The notes beneath the pieces are model-generated. The model was not told the origin of the DNA. It ran no database searches and saw only the letters and a program-made list of their open reading frames with translations. From positions 14,677,143 through 14,741,142 of the forward strand of contig CAVNZM010000003.1 in NCBI GenBank assembly GCA_963693365.1: a DNA stretch of 64,000 nucleotides. Reading direction: 5' to 3'. This stretch comes from Amoebidium appalachense. Its lineage: Eukaryota; Protista; Ichthyosporea. The translations under genes were made by a program, and so were the position numbers. This document shows, piece after piece, positions 26,608 to 49,313 of the stretch; the first letter of the stretch is position 1; every line of letters begins with the position of its first letter.

Positions 26608-28970
26608 GGGGGAGGGGGCAGCTTTCAAGTATGGTTGTACATGTGTGTGGACAGTGACATAACTGATTGTAGCTATGACACGCGTCAGTGTACCACCACC
26701 TGATGAAGCATGCATGCTCCGCTGGTGAGTTCCGTCATACTGACATCATTATGACATCATAGTCGTTTACTGGTTCTCCTGAACGTCATCTGAAACCTCC
26801 TGACTCTCAGTCTATTCACGTGAATTGAGGTCCGAGTGGCACACTCGTGATCGCACAGTAAGTCAGTATCTATTTAGTGTTGATGTACTGCGCGCGCGCG
26901 TGTGTGCATGGAAGTTTGAAGCTCCGCGCCAATCAATCATGGCTTTGCCAAGTATTTATTTTTGCCCTAATATGTAGTCACTCTGAGTGCTGCTTACCTG
27001 CGGCCTCTTTTTTTTTTTTTTCTTTTTTTCTTTTTTTTTTTTTTATGTTGCCGTGGCGTACGTAGTGCCCGGCCACTTACGTACATAGCCTTGCCTTGGA
27101 GACTACCTAATGGCGAACTCTCTTAATGTAAAACGTTATGATTGGTTCAATATCAGCGAGCATAAATTAGCTGACCATCTGGAATGCAGCGGTTGAGCAC
27201 CGGGGAACGTACCCGCTGTTCCCGCTGACATAGCATTCAGAATTGAGCTGTAAAGGCACAGAATAAAAGAGCTATCTGTATTTTTATTTATGATAATTTT
27301 AAGCAGAAATTTGTGCTTGTTAACTAATTAATATATCAAGTTTACAATCCAGCAACACACTGCAAATCACACATGATGCTCTGCTTGCACATGTACAGTC
27401 CCGGAATGTGCATGCAGTGGCACTACATGTCGTCTGGAATTGATTGTGGGGCCTCCGACATAGTAGATTAAGATAAAATAAAACAGCAATAACTAAAAAA
27501 AGATGCTAATATAAAATGGATATTGCATGAGCATGAAGCAGTAGACACAACTGACATATGTAATTTTAAAGGATTCACGAAATGAACTTGAAGTTTGCAC
27601 GATTGGGAATCATGATTCGATAATTCGCGGTATGCGTTCATCAGGGGTTGTGGGGTTTTGGTTGTGTTACCCGTTTTTTCTTAAGGTCTATGTCGGGGTT
27701 TCTCGATTATGGCGTAATTATGGCGTCATTTAAAATAAAGATGGTCATTAATGATGTCACGAATTTAGTAATGACGTCATCTGATCACGAACAAGGTGGC
27801 TCACGGGAATGCGAAGGCGATAAAACTGAGCGCACGGATTGGTAATTGCCATATATAAATTGTTCGTTTTAGGAAAGTCCGGACATGTATAAATAACTAC
27901 GTCACGATCGAGAAAGGCCGACATAGTCGTTAAACGCAATCGTATCGCCAGAATCTCTAAATCCTTTAAGCGGGGGTTTTTTCCCTCTTGACTGGGACTT
28001 ATTGATCAGTGGTCCAGTGGATATGAAGGCAACGGGGATTTTCTCATTTACGACTCGTATGGACCACTTACATTATTAAATTCGACGACTGGTTTCAGTT
28101 TATTTTTCACTCCCTCAGCAACTTGCCGAGAGACAAAACAGGGCTTCGTATTCCGCTCTGGAGTGCCAAAACAACCACCTGACCACCTTTTACCAGGGAA
28201 AACACACTTTTTTTGTATAAAAACACACCAGAATAAAATATTGTGATCTATTTAACTGCAACGAAAACCAATACAGCACCTCACAGCGTTACTCGTATTG
28301 ACCATCTGGGCTTAATCATTACGGTAAATACGACGTTTTTGAGTCGCAATTCAACCCCTGGCGTTCACTGCTCTATGGAATGCTCCGTGATAAAAAGAAT
28401 CTCAAGGATGCACCTGATTGGTGTCTGAGGTTAAATGAAATACCTTCCGAATTTTGGAAAGCCACTGGCCAAACGGCCATGGACTCCTTTGTGCTGATAT
28501 ATTTGTAAGATGTCACAGTAGGCGATAGGTACATATGCAAAGTGCAAAATCAGGCTAAAAATAACGAAGGAGAAAGAATAGTATTGCAACATTAATTTCA
28601 TTGGGAACATTTATGCTCTGATTACGCTGGATATGCCCGCGAACTTTATTATGCGAGGCCTAGGAATTTAGTGATGAGCAGATTGGCCTGCTGCAAGTCA
28701 CGGCTCTATTACACTTTTTGCTTCGATCAATAACAAACCTTTTTTTTTTAAAAAAAAAATTCTTTTATAGAAAAAAGGGAAAGAAACAAATAATAAATTT
28801 ATTTTGCAATGCCGTATTATATCGCTATCCATATGTTGTTATATGCCTGTATACGTAGCTTAGCTGAATCGTGCAACGTACTTCCGATGCTGAGCGATTG
28901 TCGTTACGTCACCAGATGCCCTGCAGCTGCTGGACACGGTCCAGATCACTAAGGTTACCTCCATGCAAAC

Positions 28971-28978
28971 TATAAAAA
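28971..28978 (+). promoter_or_regulatory. Candidate TATA box of peroxidase copy 1
   Basis: TATAAAAA lies 230 nt upstream of ATG 29201; positional inference only. Confidence 0.4.
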
Positions 28979-29200
28979 GAGCAGAGCACTATTTTATTTC
29001 TCACACAGGCACATAGCTATCTAGCCAAGCCTATGGTAGCTTACACGTGTCTGTGTACACACACGGAAAACGAGAACTTAGTTCAGTTGTTGGGACTCGA
29101 AACGAAAACAGTTCCTATACGCGTAACGTCGGCATCTTCTGTGTAAGACACTTACCTCCCATAGCAAAAAGCGAAAAGGGAAAGAAAATAAAATCTCACC

Positions 29201-29500
29201 ATGAAGGGGGTTATTGATTTCGCGGCCGTTTTTGGCCTTTCAGCACTGTGTTTCCTTTCAAGCCAGGCCGAGGCGCAGATGCCCACGCCCAAGTGGACTG
29301 CGGCCAACTGCAACACGTACCGCCCCGGTGCGGTTAATTGGAACAACGTGCGTGCCGACGTCATTTCGTTTCTCAACAAACAGAACTGCAACTTGCAGCC
29401 GGAGGGTATCCCGTGCAAGAGACTGGCTGCTGTGTTCATTCGGTGAGTGTACTTTTTCCTTTTTTTTCTTTTTTCTTTTTTTTTTCTTTTTTTTTTTTTT

Positions 29501-29563
<63 letters not shown>

Positions 29564-31459
29564 GTTCGTGCATGTGTATACGGCGTTGTTTCCTCCCTCA
29601 ACATCCCTTGCTCATTTTGACACGACCCCTTTCTTTTCCTGCGGCGTTTTTTTCCGTCTCGAAATCAATTTAAAAGGAAAAGGAGCACGCGTTATATACG
29701 AAGTACGTGTCGTATCAAATCATAAAAACGGTGGTAAATTTGGATGTTTCGCACACGAGCCCAAGCCCGCACTTCTTTGCTGTGTGCTTGCAGGCCCGCA
29801 TTCGCTGACATCTTCTTTTGTTCAATTTAGCAGTTTTTGTTTTCATTTCAAAGCTTTTCGTCACCAACGTAGCATGCTTTTTCAAAAAACAAAAAACCAC
29901 AACAATTTCTACGTAGGGCTTTCCTTAACACAGCTATTTTCCACAGTGTTGCCGCACATGACGCACTCACCATGCCGGGAGCCGCCGACGGATCAATCCT
30001 CCTCGCATCTGCCGAGCAGAGCTTTTCGCACAACCAGAAACCCTTCCCATTCGTTCAGCACGCGCGCACCGCCCTCCAACCAATTGTAACCAAATATGGT
30101 ATTTCTTGGGCCGATGCTATTGCAGTAGCCGGTGCGGTTGCTACGGAATGGGCCGCGACGCAGGATGGAAGGCCCCGAGTTGTCGTTCGCAGTTTGCGTG
30201 TGGGAAGGTGCGACAGTACCGCTGCAAATGTGGACACTTTACCCGCCGCAAACATCACGTTTTCCGACTACACAAGTTGGTGGTTGGATAGGGGGATTAC
30301 TGTTGGTGATGCTGATGCTCTGATGGGTGTGCATACGATGATGGAGGATGGGAGCGGAAGGGCCAATGGTGTTCTGCAGTATCAGTGGAATATTCGCTAC
30401 TACAGAGATCTCAGGTATTTTTACCCTCCCCCCACGGTTTGTTTCACACAACTTGACTCTTAGTAAGTCCTGATTTTTCACTGCCTGCATAATGGGTACT
30501 GAAATGAAAAAAAAAATGAACGATTTCTCAACCCTCGCATGAAATTCCCATATTTTGGGAAAATATCTCAATCCTTAAGCGAAAGCATCAGTGGAGTATT
30601 CGCTACAACCGCAATTCGGGTATTTTAAAAAAAATGAACACCCCTCAGTTTCAATCCTAACACGAAATTCCAGTACGCGTAATTTGGAAAAATATCTCGA
30701 TCCTAACGCGGAATTCCGGAAATCTAACACGAATTTTCCGTATTTTCTGTAGGGCTGGCACGATCACCAACAACGGTGACGGCACTGTTACGTGGACCAA
30801 TGGCAAATGGCGCTACACGGTCAACGATGCACACCTTGCAGGCCAAAACGTGGCATCCGAGTGTGGTGCATGCCCGTTTGCCGGTTTCCACAACGCAAAT
30901 TACCAACTTTACGCCAATAACGGAGGTCGTTGGGATAGGGATTATGACCTTGCTTATAACCGGTAAGCCTTGATCCCCCCTCTCCGCCCCCTCCCCCCCC
31001 CCCCCCCCCCCAACCCCATCCCCCCCCCCCCCCCACGGAAAAAAAAACACCCTTCCCCCCCCCCAGCCCCCCCCCCTCCCCCCTCCCCACACACCCACAC
31101 ACCCACACACACACACACGCACACACACACCCCACATGCACACACATTCTTATTTGCTAGGAAGCTTCCCACGGGCAATTTATCATACCGTTACACAATG
31201 AAGGATGAGTATATGCTATACTATCAGTAAAATACCATCAAACCAAACAGAAACTAATACCCCCCCCCCCCCCCCCCCCCCCAGGATGATGTCACGGGGT
31301 GCCCTATTCTCCAGCCAATCAGTGACAGCCAATCTTGGTGGTGGTGCCGGCCCCAACCCACCCCCCGGCCCCCGACCCACACCCCCCCTCCCCCCTCCCC
31401 CACCTCCCCCCCGACCCACCCAGCGCCCCCCCTCCCCCTCAACGTCGCCCGGGACGTGA
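29201..31459 (+). CDS. Secreted heme peroxidase (peroxidase-catalase superfamily), copy 1; exons 29201-29442, 29947-30414, 30753-30962, 31285-31459
   Basis: All GT-AG introns are phase-consistent. The spliced product has a signal peptide, distal FIRVAAHD, ADGSILL (Ca-site-type motif), ISWADAIAVAG, GRCDS, proximal ALMGVHT, VNDAHL, YANNGGRWDRDYDLAYNRMMSRG and a Pro-rich tail. Confidence 0.9.
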
Positions 31460-32225
31460 TGTCTCCGAGGTGGAAGTGAACAAGGAGTGAGATTGACGGG
31501 GGTAGAGTAGAGTTGTTAATTATGTTCAGGTGTATGTATGATACGCATACTGGCTATTGGGGCATCTTCGAGGAAGGAAGCGGAATGCTTCAGTAAAGAG
31601 GATTGATATGAACGGGTATGGTTGGGACTTGCGCTAACGTGTACTGGATATGGGATGTGGCTTGGGGTGGAAAATACCCCTATTGATAACAGCTATTATG
31701 ACTGTGCTAGGCATGCCGGCGACTCAGCGCCGCCATGGCATATATACATAGAAATCTGCATGCCATGATTTAAAGGATGTTAGGTGTGTATACATAAATT
31801 TTGCTCGGTAGATATAATCTAACCACATTGCAGAATATGGGGGGTTTTTTTATCAAGCAAGAATGTGCATGTATATGGCTATAGAAGAAAGGAAGATGCT
31901 AGCCCTTAGGTTGTGTAAAAGCACGTATTGATCACGTGTTCACAGTATTGTCAGTGTGCGACCGGAGGCCACTGTCGTGTATGTAATGAAGTGAAATCGG
32001 ATATGTGCCTCAGGACGGTGACGTATTATGGAAATACTAAGTTACATTAGCTTTATATGGTCTCGCATATATATATACATCATATGATATAATTTGAGTC
32101 ACATAAATAAACAGATGTCGGAAACATGTTTGCCAAAACGAGGCGTTCCACCACAAGCATGCAAGCACATGTGCCATTGAAACTCAGCTCAGTCATGCAC
32201 ATTGCCCCCCCCCCCCCCCCTCCCC

Positions 32226-32256
<31 letters not shown>

Positions 32257-32672
32257 AAAAAAAAAAAAAAAGGAAAAAGGAGGAAAGAACGGGGGAAAAA
32301 ATTCAAATAAAAATCCAGGATGAAAAAATAATTAAATAAATAATAAAACAGTGAATGAAAAACAGGCACCGTGGGCGCCATGCTGGGAGTTATCTTTTTT
32401 TCCGATTTACGGGTTCTTTCACCTGGTCATACCAAAATGCCTTATCATGAGATCTTGCAAATTTTTGCAATCACACACCTCTTTTGCGTCTCTGAGACGA
32501 CCCGAATCCTAGAAGGTGCGATTTTCAGACACTATGCAGCTATCCTGGTAAAGGCATCCCGTTCTTGAAAAAAAGCCAACATATATAGACGGTAAGGCAG
32601 CCTGGGCCCGGGGCCTCCGGGGGGGGGGGGGGGGGGGGGGGGGGGAGGGAGAGGGGGGGGGGGGGGGGGGGG

Positions 32673-32719
<47 letters not shown>

Positions 32720-32797
32720 AGGGGGGGGGGGGGGGAGGGAGAGAGACTGTATGTGTGTTAACATCATCATACGGTATGCAGGAGTGGTAGTGGTGAT

Positions 32798-32837
<40 letters not shown>

Positions 32838-32880
32838 GAGGGCCCGGGAGGGGGGGGGGGGAGAGGGGGACAGGAGGAGG

Positions 32881-32961
<81 letters not shown>

Positions 32962-33797
32962 ATGTGTGTGTGTGTGTGTGTGTATTCCGGGAGGGGGGAT
33001 GGGGGGGTGGGGGGGGGGGGGTGTGTCTGAGTGTGGGTTGGTAGATCTCACAGCTGCAGTACCAGCGGACGTATGTGTGTTAACTGACATTCAATACTTA
33101 AATTTGTGCCGTTGTGTGGTGTGAATCAGATGCATGTGGCCTGCCACCCGCGCCTGGGTGTGTACATTACCTATGGTTACTGTCACGTGCTTTTGCATCA
33201 TTTTTTTTTTTCACCTAGCGTAATGTGCGAACACACCAACCCACCCAACTAACCACCCATAAGTACACATGCACACGCACACACAAGCACGCACACAAGC
33301 ACGCACACAAGCACGCACACACGCGCATATGATATGCTGCATGCACACTACTATCATGTACACAAATATGTGTGTTTCATGCATATGTACACAGTTTGAA
33401 ATATGCGTGTCTGTACTGTAGATGCGCATGCCACCATCTTTTCCCGCCACGAAGGAAGTACCTTTCGCCACATCAATACATAAACACACGTACACGCTCA
33501 CGAACACAAATACATCATTTGCAAGCACAAGCCTCGAGCACACACACACACACACGCATGCGCACGCACGCACGCACGCATGCACACACACACACACACA
33601 CACACATACACACACACACACGAGCACACACACACCCACACCCACACACCCACACACACACACACACACACAGACACACACACACACGCATACACACGCG
33701 CGCGCACGCATACACACGCACATGTGTACACACACCAACAAAACTTTGGCACGGACACACACACACCGTGACACCTACCACCTACTGAGGCGGTGTC

Positions 33798-33831
<34 letters not shown>

Positions 33832-34725
33832 AAAAGGGACAGATGTTAAAACGTCGCACGTGCGGCAACACGTCAGTACGTGTTAGCCGTGACACATACA
33901 CACACACACGCACACAGTCACACAGACACACACACACGCACAAACACGTACACACACACACACACACATGTACACACGTACACCAACACGACACACACAC
34001 ACACACACGCACACGCACAATTGTGTACACATATACACGCACACACGCGCACACACATACACAAACACACGTGTGGACAATACCACCACCACCGCCACCG
34101 CCACTTCACGAGAAGGAGATCTCTAGAGCCCCAGGGAGTCTCCCCGGCAGTCGCCGCTGATACCACCGCCACCGTGCACGTTGCACAAGTTTACACGTCA
34201 TCAAGGGACAGGACTATGACGTGGATCTATCCAATCTATTTGCCCTCTTGGGTGCGCTCCGGGCTAATCAAAACTATTCTTTCAATTTGGCAGCTATCTA
34301 ATCAGTGGTATGGATCTGGCCATCAGGAATGTGCCTGCAAGAGCACACGGTCATGCATGGCATGGCTGTCACTGAACGGAGGTGCAACTTGTGCAAGCCT
34401 TCCTGAAAAAATACTATTGTAGACATATCGTTTTATTGCATATGCTTTGAAACTGGCAAATATTTGGACATAAATTATCATAACCTATGGCGCGTGCTCC
34501 AAGTTCCAAGTTAACCCTGAGCAGCATATCATGATCACGCGGTATCACCGGCACGCCGCATGCACCAGTGGACAAATTCCTCATCATGCATACAATATGT
34601 ATGTTCGTCCGTGTAGATTACGTTTCCTACATGAACTAGAAAAAATGCATTATGAGTAATATGGGTTTATTGTGTTTCATATTATCTCATATCTCGTGGT
34701 TAGTCACCATTGAAGGTATAAGAGG

Positions 34726-35440
34726 TCAAGAAGCCCGCTTCGAAATTCGAACTTGAGCTCTCCGCCGCCCGTCCTGAGCTTGGCCACGGTGCGTGCGCAC
34801 TACGAGGTATGCGCGGAACGATAAAGTGTTCCCTTTGATGAATCTGATTGGCTCTGAGGAGACGGCATGAAAATTTGAAATGCCATGAATCGAACTCCAG
34901 TGTGACTGATAACACCTTCGCTCACGCGTACATTGCACACAAGTGACACAACTCGTTAATTTGAGTCCACAGGCTGTAATATTCTCCCTACGTATAAGGT
35001 TTTTTTCCATGCGCTTTTCGGTCCATAGTTGCGGCTTTTTTGCAGCTCCGGATCTTGGGAGATAAGGAGGCCTAAGGAGGCCTTGCTTTCGTGACACAAA
35101 GCGAAAACTTTGTTGTCAAATGTTGTTTCGAAAAGTGCGAGGCTTGGATGTGATTCGATAAATGCTCTACCAATCAGACACCAAAAGCCAGGCCGATAAA
35201 CATTCCATTTCCGTATTCCAGAATTTCTTTAAGGAGGCCCTCCGCCGGGTATGTACAATAGATGCAGATCTGCCAGATTCGCTTGAGGGCTTTGTTCCTT
35301 GATTGAAAAGCACAAGTAGGCCATGTAAACCTACCTACTGTATAGGTTGGCGTCGTAAGTGCGAAAGAAGCCGGTGTGGTTGCACTCTGAATTGTGCATG
35401 TACTGTAGGTGTGGCACGTGCACTCTGGGCAGAGCATGAA
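34726..35440 (-). mobile_element. Possible decayed Ty3/gypsy-like integrase relic
   Basis: Frame-broken peptides in integrase order: HLQYMHNSECNHTGFFRTY / RFTWP...IWQICIYC (HHCC-like), GLLRPPYLP, IHGISNF...RF, HRGQAQDG..R. No LTRs or RT seen; recognised by eye only. Confidence 0.35.
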
Positions 35441-35738
35441 TATTCAATAGCCATATGAGCACTTCGAAGGTCAGCAGGTGCAGGTGCCGCTTCCTATTGG
35501 GCAACCAGTTGTTCACCCTAGACTCTCCTAATCTCCGGAATCTCCAGATGACCAAAAGCAGCAGCACATAAACACGGCCAGAGGGGGCATGTGAACTCAG
35601 ATGCTCTGGCCCACCTCCAGCGATCCCTTCAACTTCACTTACTTCAAATTGTACGAGCATACAACGAACTAGCTGTGAACCGCGTATGCGCAGTGCGCCT
35701 TAAAGGGCTCATTGAAGAAACCCCTTGAAGAAAACCCA

Positions 35739-35776
<38 letters not shown>

Positions 35777-35875
35777 CGATTTGCCGACAGTGTGTGCACT
35801 GGCTCAACCTACACAAATTTTTTTGCACAGAAAACAAAACCTAGAGTCAGGGCTTCTGTCTCTGGCCACGTGACC

Positions 35876-38362
35876 ATAAGGGGAGTAATCGAAAATGTGA
35901 CCGTTTTTGGCCTATCAGCGCTCTGTTTCCTCTCAGGCCAGGCCGACGCGCAGATGCCCACGCCAAGATGGACGGCGGCCAACTGCAACACGTACCGCCC
36001 CGGTGCGGTCAATTGGGACAACGTGCGTGCCGACGTCATTTCGTTTCTCAACAGACAGAACTGCAACCTGCAGCCGGAGGGTATCCCGTGCAAGAGACTG
36101 GCTGCTGTGTTCATTCGGTGAGTAACGGTTTATTTTACGAGTTTTTGTTTCTCCCCTTTGCCTTTTTCCTCTGTTTTTTGCGCTCCTAAAAATACTTTAA
36201 AGAAACTGAAACTGAAATTGCACACGAAAATTGTGGTGCACTCAGGCACACCATTACCTATGGTACACAATGGTTCACCCCACAATACACATGCACACAC
36301 ATAGCAGCACTACTTTTAGTGCAGGCCTAGATGAATATGCGTAAGTTTAGCTATACCCATTCATGCACATGAGCATATACACGAGTGCTTAGCAAGTTTG
36401 AACTGGGATTTCGATGTTTTTGATTTGATTCGTTGTGCCATCATCGTGCTGAACTTCACGTTTTTTGTTGCACACTTTTTTCTGCTTTATCCTTCTTCTT
36501 CTTCTTCTTCTTCTTCTTCTTCTTCTTCTTCCTTTTTTTTTTTTCGTTTTATCCCACCTACCAGAAGGGCCTTTTGAAAATCTCCTCGGGTTTGATACGA
36601 GGTTGTTAGTGACACTAGGCACGCCTACCTCAAAATTCTTAATCTTTTCGAGAACCCCCCCCCCCCCCCCCCTTTTCCCCCCCCCCCCTCCCCCCCCCCC
36701 CCCCCCCCTCCCCTTCCCCTCCACACACACACACACGCGCGGACAGACAGTTGATTCTCCTCCGTGTCCCCTTTACCCCTTACTTTTACCTATCTCTCTC
36801 TGTTGCTCTTTTTAAGTTGATATCTTATTTTAAGTTGAAAAGGAAAGAAACGCTATGTTCAAGCCAATTAATTTTTCGCAGCTACATTACCGTTTCTTCC
36901 ATAGAAAGCTAACAGTTCTTTTTCCACAGTGTTGCCGCACACGATGCACTCACCATGCCGGGAGCCGCCGACGGATCAATCCTCCTCGCATCTGCCGAGC
37001 AGAGCTTTTCGCACAACCAGAAACCCTTCCCATTCGTCAAGCACGCGCGCGCCGCCCTCCAACCAATTGTAACCAAATATGGTATTTCTTGGGCCGATGC
37101 TATTGCAGTAGCCGGTGCAGTTGCTACGGAATGGGCCGCGACGCAGGATGGAAGGCCCCGTGTTGTCGTTCGCAGTTTGCGCGTGGGAAGGTGCGACAGT
37201 ACCGCTGCAAATGTGGACACTTTACCCGCCGCAAACATTACGTTTTCCGACTACACAAGTTGGTGGTTGGATAGGGGGATTACTGTTGGTGATGCTGATG
37301 CTCTGATGGGTGTGCATACGATGATGGAGGATGGGAGCGGAAGGGCCGATGGTGTTCTGCAGTATCAATGGAATATTCGCTACTACAGAGATCTCAGGTA
37401 AATTTTATTTTATTTATTTATTTTAATTTATGTATTTTAAAAATTCCTCAGATACCGTGAATCCCCCCCCCCCCCCCCCCCCCCCGGGAACCACGCGCGA
37501 GAGGTTAAAGAGTCGAAACCCATGCTTTTGTGGAGGCATAGGAACCCCCCTGATGATGGGCTCTGTTCAAATGTCTCCCGTGCACGCTTAAATTGTTTGA
37601 TTTTGGATTTCCCACTATTGTGACGTTTTGTTGATGCTCGTTGTTGTCTCCTCCATATTTCCAACCCTTTAACGCATACATCAACCCCCCCCCCCCCCCC
37701 CCCCCCCCCCTCCCTTCCCCACCCCACTCACGCCGAAAAAGAGAAAGAAAAAAAGAGAGAAAATGAAAAACAAACAATAATGTTAAATAAAATGAAATAT
37801 ATTTGAAAAGAAACCATAATAATACCAGTAATACCAAAAACAAAAAACAAAAAACCCAGTGTACTGTGACTCCGCACACCCACACACCGTGAAGCCTCTC
37901 TATCCTCTTTTACCTTGGGCTTTCTATTATCAACGGTTCCTCAATTGCTCTAAACATCTGTTTAAATGTACTCAATTCATTATTATGACAAATATAAATA
38001 TGCTAATCTATAACTCTTCTCTGGTCACCTAACACAACCCTCACACGAATCACATCCATTAATTTTACACTATTTCTTTTTGTTTCACGCAGAGCCGGTA
38101 CGATCACACCCAACAGTCAGGGCACCAGCATCGCATGGTCGCAGGGCAAATGGCGCTACACAGTAAATGATGCACACCTTGCAGGCCAAAACGTGGCAAA
38201 AAACTGTGGGGGGTGTCCGTTTGCTGCAGCACAAAACGCGGATTTCATTCTGTATGCAAACGATGCACGAAGGTGGGATGCAGATTACGCAGCTGCTTAC
38301 AACAGGTAAGAAAAACCGGAACCTCCTCCCTTCCTCTCTCTCTCTCTCTCTCTGCTCTCTCT

Positions 38363-38399
<37 letters not shown>

Positions 38400-38414
38400 G
38401 TCTGTCTCTCTGCG

Positions 38415-38465
<51 letters not shown>

Positions 38466-38466
38466 C

Positions 38467-38500
<34 letters not shown>

Positions 38501-39031
38501 TTCTCTCTCTTTCTCTGCTGGAAGAGTCTCTCTTTGCTCTCTTCGTTCTCCCCCCCCCCCCCCCCCCCCTCTCTCTCTCTCTCAGGTGTGTGTGTGTGTG
38601 TGTGTGTGACTGAGCGACTGATTGAGTTTGTGAGTGAGAGAGTGTGCGTTAAAAACGGTAACAGGAGGTCAAAGTTTGGCTGAAGTAAGTAAATTAAAAA
38701 CCATTTCAAATCCAGCAAAACTCGCAATTTGTTTTGCATCAACAATCAACCGAGTCCTAAGGTCTTTTCCCGCATTATTATAAATTAACCAAGTTTGTTG
38801 GCCAGTTGACATTAGCCACCCGGTGGAAAAAAACAGTGGGCAAAAAAAAAAAAAAAAGAAAAAAAGAAAAGGAAAAAGAAAAAAGACTGCCCATATGCCA
38901 GAAACTCAAACCCCCCCCCCCCCCCTCCCAGGATGATGTCACGTGGTGCCCGGTTCTCCAGCCAATCAATAACGGCGAATTTGGCCGGCCCGAACCCCAT
39001 TCGTCCACCCCCCGGGCCCCCGGGCCCTTAA
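35876..39031 (+). CDS. Heme peroxidase, tandem copy 2; exons ~35876-36117, 36930-37397, 38093-38305, 38932-39031; start codon uncertain (ATA at the aligned ATG position)
   Basis: Same exon phases and motifs as copy 1, with no internal stops in the spliced frame. Ends NLAGPNPIRPPPGPPGP-TAA. Confidence 0.85.
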
Positions 39032-39344
39032 CACATTCCTTTCTGGCATTTTGTACTGGATCGTTTCGGTGGTTGGTTTGTGAATGGTAGATGTGGTATA
39101 GTTACAGATTTATATGTGGGTGTGGGGATTCGCTGCGTATAAATGTGATTTTTTATAGGTATTATTTATGATTAATTTCGTATTCACGATATAAACCAAG
39201 AGACTATCACGTGAGATTACGTGAGTTATTTGTATCAATAGTCATGATACGCCGTGTGTATTCAATAGTAGTATATCGTGAATTAGTTTTATAAATATGG
39301 CAGATAATAAGCCTACCACTGTTTATTAGTTCCGCTTCTTGCCC

Positions 39345-39379
<35 letters not shown>

Positions 39380-39648
39380 TTCCTCCCCTCCCCGAAAGGT
39401 CCAACAACAACCAAAAAAAAGCCAAAGTAAACGTCTTAATGCCTGACCACTTGCAGATAGATCACGTGGTCGTGGTGCAACAACGGCCAATAGCGTGCAG
39501 CCGTTTAAATATATTAGACAATGTGCCCTCTAATCCCGGGCAGTAAATTTTATATATGGGCATTGCGAGTGACGCTAAATAAACGGGGAACTTCGACCCC
39601 ATAGACAGAATTTCGAAGAGTTCATTGTTGTGCTGTTTCGAGACGCCA

Positions 39649-39700
<52 letters not shown>

Positions 39701-39979
39701 CGCGCGCATGCATGTGTGCACGTGTGCGTGCATGTGTTTGTGCGTGAACGCATGTGTGTGCGTGTGTATTTGTGTGTATGTACACCGGGCAACTGAGAAG
39801 GATTCACAAAGAGAAGATGTAGGATTCACCCAGCAGCACCAAATACTTGCCATGTGTTACAGGTACCCGTTACCAATTCATGTCATGTCTGTTTTGTTGG
39901 GTACACAACTACACGCAGTCTTGTTGCCTTTTTAAAACTTAAACATTTAAAGCTATAAATAAAAAGGAAATCCGTCGGC

Positions 39980-48555
<8,576 letters not shown>

Positions 48556-49268
48556 GTTTTACGCCTTCTTCTTCTTCAGCCAACCTGCTTGATGATTGGC
48601 TCAACTTGGCGTCTTTGAACCACGCTTATGTTAGTGACTCTTCTGTAGCTATACTTGAAAAAACTGCCCGTTGTACAGAAAGGATGGATGTCCACGATGG
48701 CACCACTTCCTGTATATATTCAAGTACCTTCCACGAGCGCCAAAGCCTAACGACGGAATACTTAGGCATATACTCAGTGTATATGTTGGTTAATCTTGAT
48801 TGGTGCATGTACATGCAAACGTGTACCCACAAAAAGCTACAACTTTCTTTCATACTAGAAATGAGTCACAGACATGAAACAACAAGGCTTGGTCATGTGT
48901 GCAACGTAGTCTAAAACGTCAAGATAAGATTTCTCTGTGGGCGCGTTTTTGGACATGTGGCCGTCATGGAATATGGAAATGCTTACGTCATCAAGCGAGA
49001 GTTTATGTTTGCGCAATCAATGTATCATTGGCCAAATACGCACCAAGGCGCACCGCTTCATGCACACGAGAATAAATTGTAAAAGGAGGTACGTATGAGC
49101 AAAACATAACCTCCCTCCGGTATCTGGTTCATTCTTTGGCATTAGAGTACCTGAAACTCTGAACGTGTATGTACGAGCACATACACAAACACGCTGCCGC
49201 ATACCCACACGCACTGCACACACACACACACACACACGCGCTCGTGCACAAGTACGCGTACACACACT

Positions 49269-49313
<45 letters not shown>

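Noticed and set aside
26760-28900. Long microsatellite-poor AT-richer stretch as a gene or transposon
   Set aside because: No long ORF, terminal repeats or recognisable motifs; only scattered CCAAT/TGACGTCA-like words.
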